Source of the DNA: Abditibacteriaceae bacterium
GTDB lineage: Bacteria; Armatimonadota; Abditibacteriia; Abditibacteriales; Abditibacteriaceae
Direction of reading: 5' to 3'
Assembly (NCBI GenBank): GCA_965277285.1
Contig: OZ255721.1
Span: 576,001 to 640,000 of the forward strand
Length of the DNA: 64,000 nt
In this document: positions 39,823-49,346 of the stretch, piece after piece
Layout of the letters: each line of letters starts with the position of its first letter
How positions within the stretch are numbered: position 1 is the first letter of the stretch
The notes under the pieces: model-generated
The model's database searches: none
The model's input: the letters and a program-made list of their open reading frames with translations, nothing else
Told to the model about the DNA's origin: nothing
Made by a program: the position numbers and the translations under genes

Positions 39823-41409
39823 CTACTTCGAGAACGTCACTTGCGCCACGTCTTTGCCGCTGCTTTTGCGGACACGATTATTGGCGGCTAGATGGCGCAG
39901 AATGTGGAAAATGCTTTCGGCGTCGTCGGGCGAACCGATACTTTGCGCGATTTCGTCGGCTGTGAGATACGATCCCGTCTGGTTTCCCAACGCTTCGAGT
40001 ACTCGATGTTGCAGTTCCAAAACACCCGCAGCGGCTTTCTTGCCCGCTTCCACGCCCGGCTGATGATACGCGTTCACGTTCACCAACTGCCCGTAGAAAC
40101 CGACGGCGCGTTCATAAAGCGCGATCAGTTTACCAATCGTTTCAGCGTTGACGTTTTGCACAGAAATCGTGATGCTCTGGCGCCCATTTTCCCACAAGGC
40201 GCGGCGCGTGCCATACATCAAGCCCGAAAGGTAATCGCCCAGCGTCACGCCGTCTTCCACTTCGAGAGAACTGTCGCCATCGGTGCGATCTTGCAAAACT
40301 TCGATGAACGTTGCAAAGAAGTTCGGCACACCTTCGCGCAATTGCTGCACATACGCGTGCTGATCGGTCGAACCTTTGTTGCCGTAAACCGCGATTCCCT
40401 GATGCACGATTTTGCCGTCCAGGTCTTTTTCCTTGCCCAGACTTTCCATCACCAATTGCTGAAGATATTTCGCCAGCAGCGACAGACGATCTTTATACGG
40501 CAAAATCACCATGTCTTTTTTGCCCGCGCCGTCCGTCGCATGAAACCACGTCAAGGCGAGCAAAGCAGACGGATTTTTCAGCGTTTCCTTGGCGCGCGTC
40601 GCTTCATCCATTTGCGCCGCGCCATGCAACATTCCGTCGATGTCGAAGCCTTGCAGCGCAGCCGGAAGCAGACCGACAGCGGACAATTCGCTGGTTCTGC
40701 CGCCGACCCAATCCCACATCGGGAAGCGCGCCAGCCAACGCTCGTCTTCCGCGACTTTGTCCATCTGACTGCCTTCGCCGGTCACAGCGACCGCGTGACG
40801 CCCGAAGTGCAAGCCCATTTCGTGATACGCGGCTTGCGCTTCCATCATGCCGTTGCGCGTTTCGGGCGTGCCGCCGCTTTTGGAAATGACGACCGTCAAC
40901 GTGTTCGCCAAACCATCGCCGATTTCGCGCAACGTGCGTTCCATGCCGTCAGGATCGGTGTTGTCGAAGAAATACGGCTTCATTTTGTCGCGCCCAGGTT
41001 CGCTGAGCGCGTTCGCCACGAACTGCGGCCCCAAAGCCGAACCGCCAATGCCGACAATCAGCAGATTTTGAAAAAGCCCGCCGCGCTCGGGCGTGATGTC
41101 GCCGTCGTGGACGCTGTGCGCGAAACTTTTGATGTCATCAAGTACGCGCGTGATCTCGTCACCCAGACCGTTCGGCGCGAGTTGTGGCGCGCGCAGCCAG
41201 TAATGTCCGACCATGCGATGTTCGTCGGGGTTGGCAATCGCGCCACCTTCCAGTTCGTCCATGAAAGCGAACGCTTTTTGGATGCGCGGCTCCATTTGCG
41301 CGAAGAAATCGTCCTCAAAATTCATGCGCGAAATATCGACGCTGATGCCGAGTTTTTCATCGTTCCACAAAAACTGCTGATAACGCTGCCACAGTTCGTT
41401 TGAGTTCAT
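39823..41409 (-). CDS. pgi: Glucose-6-phosphate isomerase
   Basis: [49 protein letters not shown] and [12 protein letters not shown]. Confidence 0.96.
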   Translation of the reverse strand: MNSNELWQRYQQFLWNDEKLGISVDISRMNFEDDFFAQMEPRIQKAFAFMDELEGGAIANPDEHRMVGHYWLRAPQLAPNGLGDEITRVLDDIKSFAHSVHDGDITPERGGLFQNLLIVGIGGSALGPQFVANALSEPGRDKMKPYFFDNTDPDGMERTLREIGDGLANTLTVVISKSGGTPETRNGMMEAQAAYHEMGLHFGRHAVAVTGEGSQMDKVAEDERWLARFPMWDWVGGRTSELSAVGLLPAALQGFDIDGMLHGAAQMDEATRAKETLKNPSALLALTWFHATDGAGKKDMVILPYKDRLSLLAKYLQQLVMESLGKEKDLDGKIVHQGIAVYGNKGSTDQHAYVQQLREGVPNFFATFIEVLQDRTDGDSSLEVEDGVTLGDYLSGLMYGTRRALWENGRQSITISVQNVNAETIGKLIALYERAVGFYGQLVNVNAYHQPGVEAGKKAAAGVLELQHRVLEALGNQTGSYLTADEIAQSIGSPDDAESIFHILRHLAANNRVRKSSGKDVAQVTFSK

Positions 41410-41461
41410 AAAAGTTCCTTTCCTTCAGGTCGTATGCAGAGCAAAGGCTCGAAACTGATAG

Positions 41462-41529
41462 TTTGTCATTCTGAACGCAGTGAAGAATCTCACTTCAATT
41501 AGGTTCTTCACTGCGTTCAGAATGACAAA
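41462..41529. repeat. Inverted-repeat element, family B (GTCATTCTGA type)
   Basis: TTTGTCATTCTGAACGCAGTGAAGAA ... TTCTTCACTGCGTTCAGAATGACAAA. Confidence 0.85.
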
Positions 41530-41612
41530 GTAACGGTTCCCTGTTCTGGTGCAAATTTCGATTTTTGCAAGAGGTCTGCTGAAATCAACAAGTGAATCGA
41601 GTACTCGATTTA

Positions 41613-42023
41613 TTAAGGATTCGGCTGATTGGCGACGCGCAAAACTTCGAGCGGCACTTCGCCTTTGAGTTCCTGATTGACCACGATTTCAAAGCGATAA
41701 TTGCCTTCGACGGGAAACTGCAAGTTGTGCAGATTGATGTCCATCGGCACAATTGGGCTGAGCGCGGGCGCATCGCGGCTAATTTGGATTTGTCCGGCGA
41801 TTTGCGCCGCGACCTGCGCGTCCGGCCCACGCAACGTGATCTCGAAATCGAAGTTCTTGCCCTTTTCCAGCGGACTGGCGCGAAACTCCAGCGCAAGCGC
41901 CAAATGCGGATGCACAACGGGGAACTGCGTACTGGCGATAGTGTGAAAAACGCCTAAGATATTCAACTTGTCGCCGACCGCTTTGTTCGCCGCGTCCGCT
42001 ACCACGCCTAAAATCAATTCCAT
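41613..42023 (-). CDS. Conserved hypothetical protein (DUF6941-like)
   Basis: ADAAN..KLNILGVF..FPV and FPVEGNYRFEI. AAGGA SD. Confidence 0.75.
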   Translation of the reverse strand: MELILGVVADAANKAVGDKLNILGVFHTIASTQFPVVHPHLALALEFRASPLEKGKNFDFEITLRGPDAQVAAQIAGQIQISRDAPALSPIVPMDINLHNLQFPVEGNYRFEIVVNQELKGEVPLEVLRVANQPNP

Positions 42024-42037
42024 TATTTTCCTTTTGC

Positions 42038-42124
42038 AACGAACCCGAAGCGTAAGCGACGGGCTTAAGTCAAAGCTATATAAAAGTATCAGTTTAAGCC
42101 CGTCGCTTACGCTTCGGGTTCGTT
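42038..42124. repeat. REPIN-like inverted pair, family A, overlapping the ROK stop codon
   Basis: AACGAACCCGAAGCGTAAGCGACGGGCTTAA ... TTAAGCCCGTCGCTTACGCTTCGGGTTCGTT. Confidence 0.85.
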
Positions 42125-43012
42125 AACGTGCATCGCCAGCGCGACTGCGCCCAAAACAGCGCCATCACGCGCCAATGGTGTGCCGCGCAAAACGAAATCG
42201 GTTGGCAGTGCGCAAAATTCGTGCAATGAGGCGCGCAAAGGCTGCAATAACGTTTCGTCGAGCGAATCTGGCAAGCTTCCACCGAGCACGACTTGTTGCG
42301 GTTGCAGCAACGAGACTGCGTTGCCGATACCTTGCGCCAAACGTCGCACGAAATCGTCGCAAACGGCGCGCGCCGCGAAATTCGATGCGCTTTGCGCCCA
42401 CACTTCCGCCGCATTTTGCAACGTGATGCCGTAGCCCGCAGCGCGCGCCAGAAAATTATCCGTTGTGCAATACGCTTCGAGCGTGCCGCGCCGCCCACTG
42501 CTGCCCAGAGTTCCGTCGCGCTCGATGCAAAGATCGCCCCACGCGATTTCGTTTCGAGTACTCGAATCGGCGTGATGAACTACCGCGCCTAATCGCGTGC
42601 CGACATGAAGATAAAGCCAGCTTCCCACGAAGCCGCGCCACGCGCCAAAACGCTCTTCGCCCAAGCTTTCGCACCAAATGCGACTGGCGGCGCGTGTTTG
42701 TTTGATATTCAAGGCTTCTTGGAGCGCACGGGGAATGTCGAAATTGTGCCAACCTTCTCCAAGAGCGCCGCGTTGCACAATGCCATTTGCATCGAAAACT
42801 GCATCGAGTGCGCACGCCACACCTTTAATTTGCACCCGTTCAATTTGCGAGCGAATCAAAGTTTCCTGCGCCGTGTCCATCGCCAAAGTCCAGGTTTGAC
42901 GCGAATCGCTATTAGCTGGCAAAGGCGCGCGCAAGGCGAGAACAACGGCGCCATCAGGCTGCATCAAAATCGTGGCGACATCAGCGCGAGAAACATCAAT
43001 TCCTAAAAACAT
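42107..43012 (-). CDS. Divergent ROK family protein
   Basis: MFLGIDV, LGEERFGA, YLHVGTRLG, SSGRRGTLEAYC, VVLGG and GAVLGA. Zinc-binding residues look degenerate. Confidence 0.78.
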   Translation of the reverse strand: MFLGIDVSRADVATILMQPDGAVVLALRAPLPANSDSRQTWTLAMDTAQETLIRSQIERVQIKGVACALDAVFDANGIVQRGALGEGWHNFDIPRALQEALNIKQTRAASRIWCESLGEERFGAWRGFVGSWLYLHVGTRLGAVVHHADSSTRNEIAWGDLCIERDGTLGSSGRRGTLEAYCTTDNFLARAAGYGITLQNAAEVWAQSASNFAARAVCDDFVRRLAQGIGNAVSLLQPQQVVLGGSLPDSLDETLLQPLRASLHEFCALPTDFVLRGTPLARDGAVLGAVALAMHVNEPEA

Positions 43013-43115
43013 AAAGGCGTAAAACGCATCCACAACGGCAAACCCGACGCTTCAATTGTCGCATATCGAAGGCGCATCTTCAATCGAGTACTCGAATCGA
43101 AACAAAAGGCGGACG

Positions 43116-43144
43116 TTGACGCAGCGTGGTGCAAACGATATAAT
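43116..43144 (+). promoter_or_regulatory. Sigma70 promoter of tRNA-Leu
   Basis: TTGACG-N17-TATAAT. Confidence 0.8.
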
Positions 43145-43180
43145 GTGTCGGGCGTTTGGTGAAGTGCGGCAGTAATTTCA

Positions 43181-43266
43181 GCGCGAGTGGCGAAATGGCA
43201 GACGCGCAAGATTCAGGTTCTTGTGCCCGTAAGGGTGTGGAGGTTCAAGTCCTCTCTCGCGCACCA
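43181..43266 (+). tRNA. tRNA-Leu(CAG)
   Basis: Acceptor GCGCGAG/CTCGCGC, anticodon stem CAAGA/TCTTG with loop TT-CAG-GT, long variable arm, TTCAAGT and ACCA end. Confidence 0.95.
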
Positions 43267-43281
43267 AAAGTTGGAGTTGTA

Positions 43282-43325
43282 AAACATAAAACCTCAGCGA
43301 TTAATTTCGCTGAGGTTTTATGTTT
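43282..43325. terminator. Terminator hairpin after tRNA-Leu (probably bidirectional)
   Basis: AAACATAAAACCTCAGCGA-ttaatt-TCGCTGAGGTTTTATGTTT. Confidence 0.8.
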
Positions 43326-43403
43326 CCCGAATTGGCAAAGTTTCGTCACTTTGTAACCACATCACACAGGCGAGGTTTCCTCGTCCGTCCGGCAGCGACA
43401 AGA

Positions 43404-44072
43404 TTAAGCGCTGGCTCTAATTTTCTTTTCTAGCGTTTCCTGAGCATCCGATTGCTCGTTGTTTTGTTCTTCGGTTTGCTTGATAGTTTGCTCGATTTGC
43501 TCGACCAATTCTTCGGGACGTGTGGCCTTTTCGAGTACTCGAAGTTCGGGATCGCCGCCCATATCGGCGCCAAGTCGCTTGCCGATTTCGTTCAGCATGG
43601 TCAGCATTTTGGTATTTTCCTGTTCGGTCAAAAGCGCGATTTGCAGCGCCAGATGGCTGCGCCTTTCTTCGAGTTGAGTTTCCTGATTCTGACTCATCAA
43701 CAAAAACGAAACCAGAAAAATCGCTTCGATGCCGACAATGAAGGACAAGCGCGGAAACGGCGAATGGTCAAAATGATAACCGCTCAACATCGGCAATTTG
43801 TTCCACACGATCCACGCGCCAAAGAAGGCAACGTGCGACCAGATAAACGTCATTGAGCCGCAATACTTGGTGATTTTGTCCGAAACGCGTTCACTGAGAT
43901 TGCGGTTCGCGCGCGTCGCGGCGTCCAGTTGGATAATGGTTTCGATGTTGCGTTGCGTCAACTCGTCCACCGTTTGCGGTTGATGATAGGAAGCCGTGGC
44001 GTTTTCCGCTTCGTGCTTGCCGTCACGTTTTCTGTGAAGCAGTCGAGAAATGTTGAGGGCTGCGATGTTCAT
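43404..44072 (-). CDS. DUF1003 membrane protein (second paralog)
   Basis: CGSMTF..FDHSPFPRLSFIVGIEAIFLVSFLLMSQN. Confidence 0.85.
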   Translation of the reverse strand: MNIAALNISRLLHRKRDGKHEAENATASYHQPQTVDELTQRNIETIIQLDAATRANRNLSERVSDKITKYCGSMTFIWSHVAFFGAWIVWNKLPMLSGYHFDHSPFPRLSFIVGIEAIFLVSFLLMSQNQETQLEERRSHLALQIALLTEQENTKMLTMLNEIGKRLGADMGGDPELRVLEKATRPEELVEQIEQTIKQTEEQNNEQSDAQETLEKKIRASA

Positions 44073-44082
44073 TGTTGGATAT

Positions 44083-45408
44083 TCATTTTCCCCACGTCGC
44101 AAACATTCCGACAGCCGCCAGCAACATCACGACTGTCGCAATCCAGCCGGTGATTTGCAAGCGTTTGGGAACCGTAAATTCGCCCATTACTTTGGGATTG
44201 TTGCTCATCAACATCAACATGATCATTACCGGCCCGGCAACCACGCCATTAATGACTGCCGACCAGAACAAGGCTTTCACAGGATCGATTTGCGTGAAGT
44301 TGAGCGCCAAACCCAGCAGCGTGGAAACCGCCAACACGCCGTAAAAACCCTTGGCTTTGCCCAGTTTGCGTTCCAATCCAATCGGCCATTTCATCGCTTC
44401 GCCGACAGCATAAGCCGCGGAACCTGCCAAGACCGGAACCGCCAGCAAACCTGTGCCGATGATGCCCGCCGCAAACAGAAAGAACGCGAACTTGCCCGCG
44501 ATTGGCTCGAGTGCTTTAGCTGCGTCCTGCGCCGTGTTGATGTCAGTGACACCTTTTTGATGCAGCGTTACAGCCGCCGTCAAAATGATGAAGAACGCCA
44601 CCAGATTGGAAACCGCCATGCCGACTGCCGTATCAATCTTGATGCGGTGAAGTTGCGCGGGCGCTTGCGATGGCGCCGTCTTGAGCGGCTTGTCGCCAGG
44701 TGTCACTTTTTCTTCTTCGGCTTCTTCCGAGGCTTGCCAGAAAAATAAATACGGCGAAATTGTTGTCCCCAAAACCGCGATGAAAGTCGTCAGGTAAGCG
44801 GTCTTGAAGGAAATTGATGGAATAAACGTGCTGCGCGCGACCTGACCCCAGTTGATATGCACTGAAAATATCACGCCAATATAAGCCAAAAGCGCCAGCG
44901 TGAACCACTTGAGGATACGCGCATATTTCGTGTAAGGCACAAAGACCTGCAAGCCCAGAGAAAGCAGCGCGAACGCCGCCGCCCACAGCAACGCGGAACC
45001 GCCGATCAACAGTTTCAAGGCTGAACCCATCGCGCCAATGTCGGCGCCCAGGTTGGCGATGTTGGCGACCAGCATCAAGCCGACCAAAATGTACATCAGC
45101 CAAGCCGGATAATAGCGGCGCATATTGCCCGCCAACCCGTGTCCTGTGACGCGGCCAATGCGCGCGCTGATTTCCTGCACGCTTTCCATCAGGGGATAGG
45201 AAAACAGCATCGTCCACAACATGCTCATGCCGAACTGCGCGCCGGTCTGCGAATAGGTCGCAATGCCGCTCGGGTCGTCGTCTGAAGCGCCGGTGATTAA
45301 ACCCGGCCCCAAATTTCGCAACAAACTCTTGAGCGATGCAGGATTCTTCTGATTCTGCACATCCGAAGCGGGCGATGAAGCGACATCTGCTGCGGCAGTT
45401 TTGGTCAT
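44083..45408 (-). CDS. NRAMP-family divalent metal transporter
   Basis: LGPGLITGASDDDPSGIATYSQTGA and LGTTISPYLFFWQ. About 11 TM segments. Confidence 0.9.
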   Translation of the reverse strand: MTKTAAADVASSPASDVQNQKNPASLKSLLRNLGPGLITGASDDDPSGIATYSQTGAQFGMSMLWTMLFSYPLMESVQEISARIGRVTGHGLAGNMRRYYPAWLMYILVGLMLVANIANLGADIGAMGSALKLLIGGSALLWAAAFALLSLGLQVFVPYTKYARILKWFTLALLAYIGVIFSVHINWGQVARSTFIPSISFKTAYLTTFIAVLGTTISPYLFFWQASEEAEEEKVTPGDKPLKTAPSQAPAQLHRIKIDTAVGMAVSNLVAFFIILTAAVTLHQKGVTDINTAQDAAKALEPIAGKFAFFLFAAGIIGTGLLAVPVLAGSAAYAVGEAMKWPIGLERKLGKAKGFYGVLAVSTLLGLALNFTQIDPVKALFWSAVINGVVAGPVMIMLMLMSNNPKVMGEFTVPKRLQITGWIATVVMLLAAVGMFATWGK

Positions 45409-45765
45409 GAGAGTTTTCCTTGAAAGTTAAACGTCGCGGTCTTCTTATGTTCTAAAATGACCTTGAACGGCGCGCCAAATGGCAAGTAGCGCACCAACGC
45501 ACGAATCATCGTTTTAAGTTCTCTTTAAGCCTTGGTTTCGAGTACTCGAATGGCACACAAAACAAAAACGTCCGCGCCGGAGCGAGCCGGGAGGACGTTT
45601 TCTGTTGGGAAAGGTTTATTCGCGCAGCAAATCCATCAAAGACGGAAAACTTTCAAGCCATCACCGAATTTTCCGGGCGCAGCTTGTGTGGCTTCTCGCA
45701 TTTGCGCGATTTGAGTACTCGAAAACGAAAATAGGGACGCATTACGATGCGTCCCTACAACTTCG

Positions 45766-46482
45766 TCAATGAGGAATTTGTTCTTTTTGCCGCGCTTTTT
45801 GTCGAACTCTGGCAGCACGCAAGCGCGTTTTATTTTCTTGGTTTGGGCCGCCGACTTCGCGTCCGTCTGCTTCCACAGCGGCATCTTTGACGCGGCGCGC
45901 ATCTTTCATAGCGGGCGTATTGATCGCCGTTGGAGTAAGCGGAACTTCGCCTTTGGCGCGACGAATGCCTTCGCGCTCAATTTTTTCCTGCAATTGAATA
46001 ATGCCCCAGATCAATTGTTCAGGGCGAGGCGGGCAGCCTGGCACATAAATATCGACGGGCACGATGCGATCAACGCCCTGCACAATCGCGTAATTGTTGA
46101 AAACGCCGCCGCAACTGGCGCAGGCGCCCATCGAAATCACCCATTTCGGTTCTGCCATTTGGTCGTAAATCTGGCGCAGAACCGGTGCCATTTTCTGCGA
46201 AACGCGACCCGCGACAATCATCACATCGGCCTGTCGTGGCGAAGCGCGAAATACTTCGCTGCCAAAACGCGAGATGTCGTACTTGGCGCCCACAGTCGCC
46301 ATCATTTCGATGGCGCAGCACGCCAAGCCGAACGTCAGCGGCCACAAGCTGCCTTTGCGCGCCCACGAAACCAGTTCGCTGAGCGTGCCCAACATGACGT
46401 GATCGTCCAGGTTATCCGACTGCGGATTGGCGCCAGTTGTCGGGCCTTTCGGCTCCAATTCAATGATATTTGGGTTTGACAT
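45766..46482 (-). CDS. nuoB: NADH-quinone oxidoreductase subunit B
   Basis: [30 protein letters not shown] and VPGCPPRPE. Confidence 0.96.
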   Translation of the reverse strand: MSNPNIIELEPKGPTTGANPQSDNLDDHVMLGTLSELVSWARKGSLWPLTFGLACCAIEMMATVGAKYDISRFGSEVFRASPRQADVMIVAGRVSQKMAPVLRQIYDQMAEPKWVISMGACASCGGVFNNYAIVQGVDRIVPVDIYVPGCPPRPEQLIWGIIQLQEKIEREGIRRAKGEVPLTPTAINTPAMKDARRVKDAAVEADGREVGGPNQENKTRLRAARVRQKARQKEQIPH

Positions 46483-46507
46483 GATGACCTTTTTCGCCTC
46501 AGTTCCG

Positions 46508-46876
46508 TTAGTCCCAATCGAGAGCGCCGCGACGCCACAAGTAGATGTATCCCAGCACCAGAAAGCCCAGAAAAGTGAACATTTCGATCAAGCCGAATAG
46601 TTTCAACTGCTGGAACATAACCGCCCACGGATAAAGGAAAATCGCTTCGATGTCGAACAAAATGAACAGCATCGCAATGATGTAGAACTTGACGGAAAAA
46701 CGCAAACGCGCATCGCCGACCGGATCAATGCCGCATTCATACGCTTCGTTTTTGATCTGCGTCGGACGACGCGGCCCGAAAAACTGCGACATGATAATCG
46801 CCGCGCCCGCAAAGACAACAGCCACGAAAAGCAACGCCAGAACCGGAAAAATACCGCTTGTTGTGCTGAAATTCAT
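46508..46876 (-). CDS. nuoA: NADH-quinone oxidoreductase subunit A
   Basis: [27 protein letters not shown] and GALDWD. Start at MNFST. Confidence 0.95.
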   Translation of the reverse strand: MNFSTTSGIFPVLALLFVAVVFAGAAIIMSQFFGPRRPTQIKNEAYECGIDPVGDARLRFSVKFYIIAMLFILFDIEAIFLYPWAVMFQQLKLFGLIEMFTFLGFLVLGYIYLWRRGALDWD

Positions 46877-46939
46877 AATTCGAGTACTCGATTCTCCCAC
46901 TGCAATTATAAACGGTTGTGAAAAATCACACAAGCAAGA

Positions 46940-47053
46940 TTCAGTAGGCAACGGCAGAAAGCAGGAGGCAGTTGGTACGCAGAACATTCCAGCGACGCAG
47001 CTTGAACTTCGAGCACTCGAACTGCCTCCTGCTTTCTGCCGCTGCCTCCTGAA
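46940..47053. repeat. Inverted repeat made of GGCAG-type heptamer units
   Basis: TTCAGTAGGCAACGGCAGAAAGCAGGAGGCAGTT ... AACTGCCTCCTGCTTTCTGCCGCTGCCTCCTGAA. Confidence 0.7.
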
Positions 47054-47054
47054 C

Positions 47055-48983
47055 TCACCGTCGGACGAACTTGCGCTTGTTCTTTTTGAAACCGCCGTCC
47101 AGTTTTCCGGCATCGAAGCGCCACAGAAATTGTTGCGGGCCGCGTTGCTTGAAACTGAAGCATTGATAAGCTGACAAAACTGAGCACATCAAGCGCTTGG
47201 AAGTGCGGCGCACCACGTTGACTTCGGCCCACAGCGTGGGGATTTCGGCGCCGCCCGCGTGTTCGCTGATGACGGTTTGCAGCAGATCGAACAACGACAA
47301 ATAACTCGAACGTTCCTGCAGGGCTTCCAATTCGGCGACGCGCTCCAGGTCGAGGTTCATCAGCTTATCGGGTTTGCCCAGTTGCAACGAGAAACGATTG
47401 TTGGCGTCGCGCGAAAACTCCAGCACGCCGCCCGAAGGTGGAACTCGCAGGCGATACCAATCGCCCAGGCCAAGAATCAAACCACTGTCGCGGCTGGCCC
47501 AGGCCGTCACCTCTTCGCTGCCTTCATCGTCGGTGGCGCGAATCGAAAGCCGTGTCAGGGCGCCTTCGAGACCGAAGAAATCTTCGTCCATGCGACGCAA
47601 TTTGAGGGTGCCTTCGCGGTGATGCGGATAGGTGATGACGTAACGAGTACTCGAATGGTCTTCGGCGCGGCGCATCATCTTCACTTCGACTTCTTCGCCG
47701 ACATCTTCCCATTGCGGATCGTGAACGAAAGTGGCGGCCTCGCCTTCCAAACCGTCGTCGCTCATTTCGATGTCGAGCGGTTCGTTGGTCACGGTGTCGC
47801 GGATCGGCAAGTGAATTGGGCGCAAGCTTTCGGGGATTTTTCCGACTGCTGCGGGCACCGATTCGCGCAACAGAAAGCGTCCCAAACCAGCGGGAAGCCA
47901 GGCCGCATCGCGGCGCAAAGCCTCGTTCAAGCCTTGCAAGGTGCCAGAAAAAGCGGGATCGTCCGGCTCGATTTTCAAAACGTCGGTCAGCACAGAAACC
48001 AGCGAAACTGGTGCTTTGGCCGAACGCGCTAAACGTGTTATTTCTTCAATTTCTGCCGCTTGTGGCGCGATGATTTGCGCGGGCGACAAGCGCGTGCGCA
48101 ACAACGCCGTCAGATCGGCCTGCGAAACCGAAACGCCACCGGCGTGGCTCAGCCAGTTTTGCGTGCGAGCGCGCAAATTGGAAAGTTGCGCTTGCGTCGA
48201 AACCTGTCCGCCGACAAACGAACTGAAGGTCGCGCGGTCGCCTAAAAGCTGCGCTATGTCCGCTATGCGAAAACCTTTTACGTCCTGACGATGCAGCAGA
48301 AAGCCGAGCAATTTCAGCGAAATTGGCTGCGCGACTTGGTTCAAAATGGCGGCGGTGCGCTCGCTCAAAGTTCCCGCGTTCGAGTACTCGATATGAGAAA
48401 AACGCGCAAAATCAAGATCATTTTCCAGATTGTTTTCACGGATGAGCAGCGTTTCGGTGGGCGCTCCGGCTTTCAACAGAAAGTGCGTGTGCAAATAAGT
48501 GTTGGGCACGGTTTGCGTCGCGGCACGCGAAGTTTGCAGCGTGTGCGCCACGCCGTCGCGCACCGTTTCGGGCAAAACGCTGCGCAGATTCGCCACTTCG
48601 CGCACGATGACGGGAAGCGGCAAAGGCTTACCAATTTCAAAAAGCAAGGTGTCGATTGTGGCTTCGAGAGGACGGCGCGTGCGTTCCTGACGACTTTGGT
48701 TTTGCGATTGCGCGCGCAACGTCAGTTCGTAATCGCGCTCGCCGATGGTGATTCGAGTACTCGATTCCAAAGCGTGCTTGAGAGCGGTGCGCCCGAGCGA
48801 CAAGCCTTCGGTGGCGGCGTTGAGTTCGGCGTGAGAAAGCGCGCGACCTGTGCGCAAGAGGGCTGTGACGACTAAATCTTCGATCACAAGTTGCGCCAGA
48901 CGCGCGTCGGAGGAGTGGGGATTTTCGTCAGAAAGCAAATCGGAATTGGTGTTTTGTAGGTGGGTTTGCGGGTCTTCGACCAT
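47055..48983 (-). CDS. Large hypothetical protein (possible repeated winged-helix modules)
   Basis: About 640 aa uninterrupted ORF. SD GGAAGGA before MVEDP. No recognised catalytic motif. Confidence 0.8.
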   Translation of the reverse strand: MVEDPQTHLQNTNSDLLSDENPHSSDARLAQLVIEDLVVTALLRTGRALSHAELNAATEGLSLGRTALKHALESSTRITIGERDYELTLRAQSQNQSRQERTRRPLEATIDTLLFEIGKPLPLPVIVREVANLRSVLPETVRDGVAHTLQTSRAATQTVPNTYLHTHFLLKAGAPTETLLIRENNLENDLDFARFSHIEYSNAGTLSERTAAILNQVAQPISLKLLGFLLHRQDVKGFRIADIAQLLGDRATFSSFVGGQVSTQAQLSNLRARTQNWLSHAGGVSVSQADLTALLRTRLSPAQIIAPQAAEIEEITRLARSAKAPVSLVSVLTDVLKIEPDDPAFSGTLQGLNEALRRDAAWLPAGLGRFLLRESVPAAVGKIPESLRPIHLPIRDTVTNEPLDIEMSDDGLEGEAATFVHDPQWEDVGEEVEVKMMRRAEDHSSTRYVITYPHHREGTLKLRRMDEDFFGLEGALTRLSIRATDDEGSEEVTAWASRDSGLILGLGDWYRLRVPPSGGVLEFSRDANNRFSLQLGKPDKLMNLDLERVAELEALQERSSYLSLFDLLQTVISEHAGGAEIPTLWAEVNVVRRTSKRLMCSVLSAYQCFSFKQRGPQQFLWRFDAGKLDGGFKKNKRKFVRR

Positions 48984-49250
48984 CGTGAGCGTTCCTTCCA
49001 TCGAGTTGATGAGTTGTTTATTGGTGAGTAAGAAAACGACGAACGGTCAAGGTGCGGCGTTGCGTCAAAGACCGAGTTATGCATGACCGTTCATGCGTCA
49101 AAAAACGCGTCAAAGAAAAGCCCGGACACCGCAATGACTTCGGTTCCGGGCGCGGACGCGAACTTCTGAAAAATGAAAACTTTGTCCTTCAAGGATAACG
49201 CGCGCATGCAAAATCGACAATGCGACTCATGTCTCGGGCCAAACCAAGCC

Positions 49251-49331
49251 GCATAAAACCCCGCGCGTGAGCAAGGGGTCTTGAACTAAACGCTACGATA
49301 AGACCCCTTGCTCGCGCGCGGGGTTCTATGC
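49251..49331. repeat. REPIN-like inverted pair related to family A
   Basis: GCATAAAACCCCGCGCGTGAGCAAGGGGTCTT ... AAGACCCCTTGCTCGCGCGCGGGGTTCTATGC. Confidence 0.75.
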
Positions 49332-49346
49332 AGTTGGCCGTTGAAA

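Noticed and set aside
39892..41403. 503-aa plus-strand ORF and similar long antisense ORFs (13267-14583, 28824-30026, 53022-54314)
   Set aside because: These are shadows of well-supported genes on the opposite strand.
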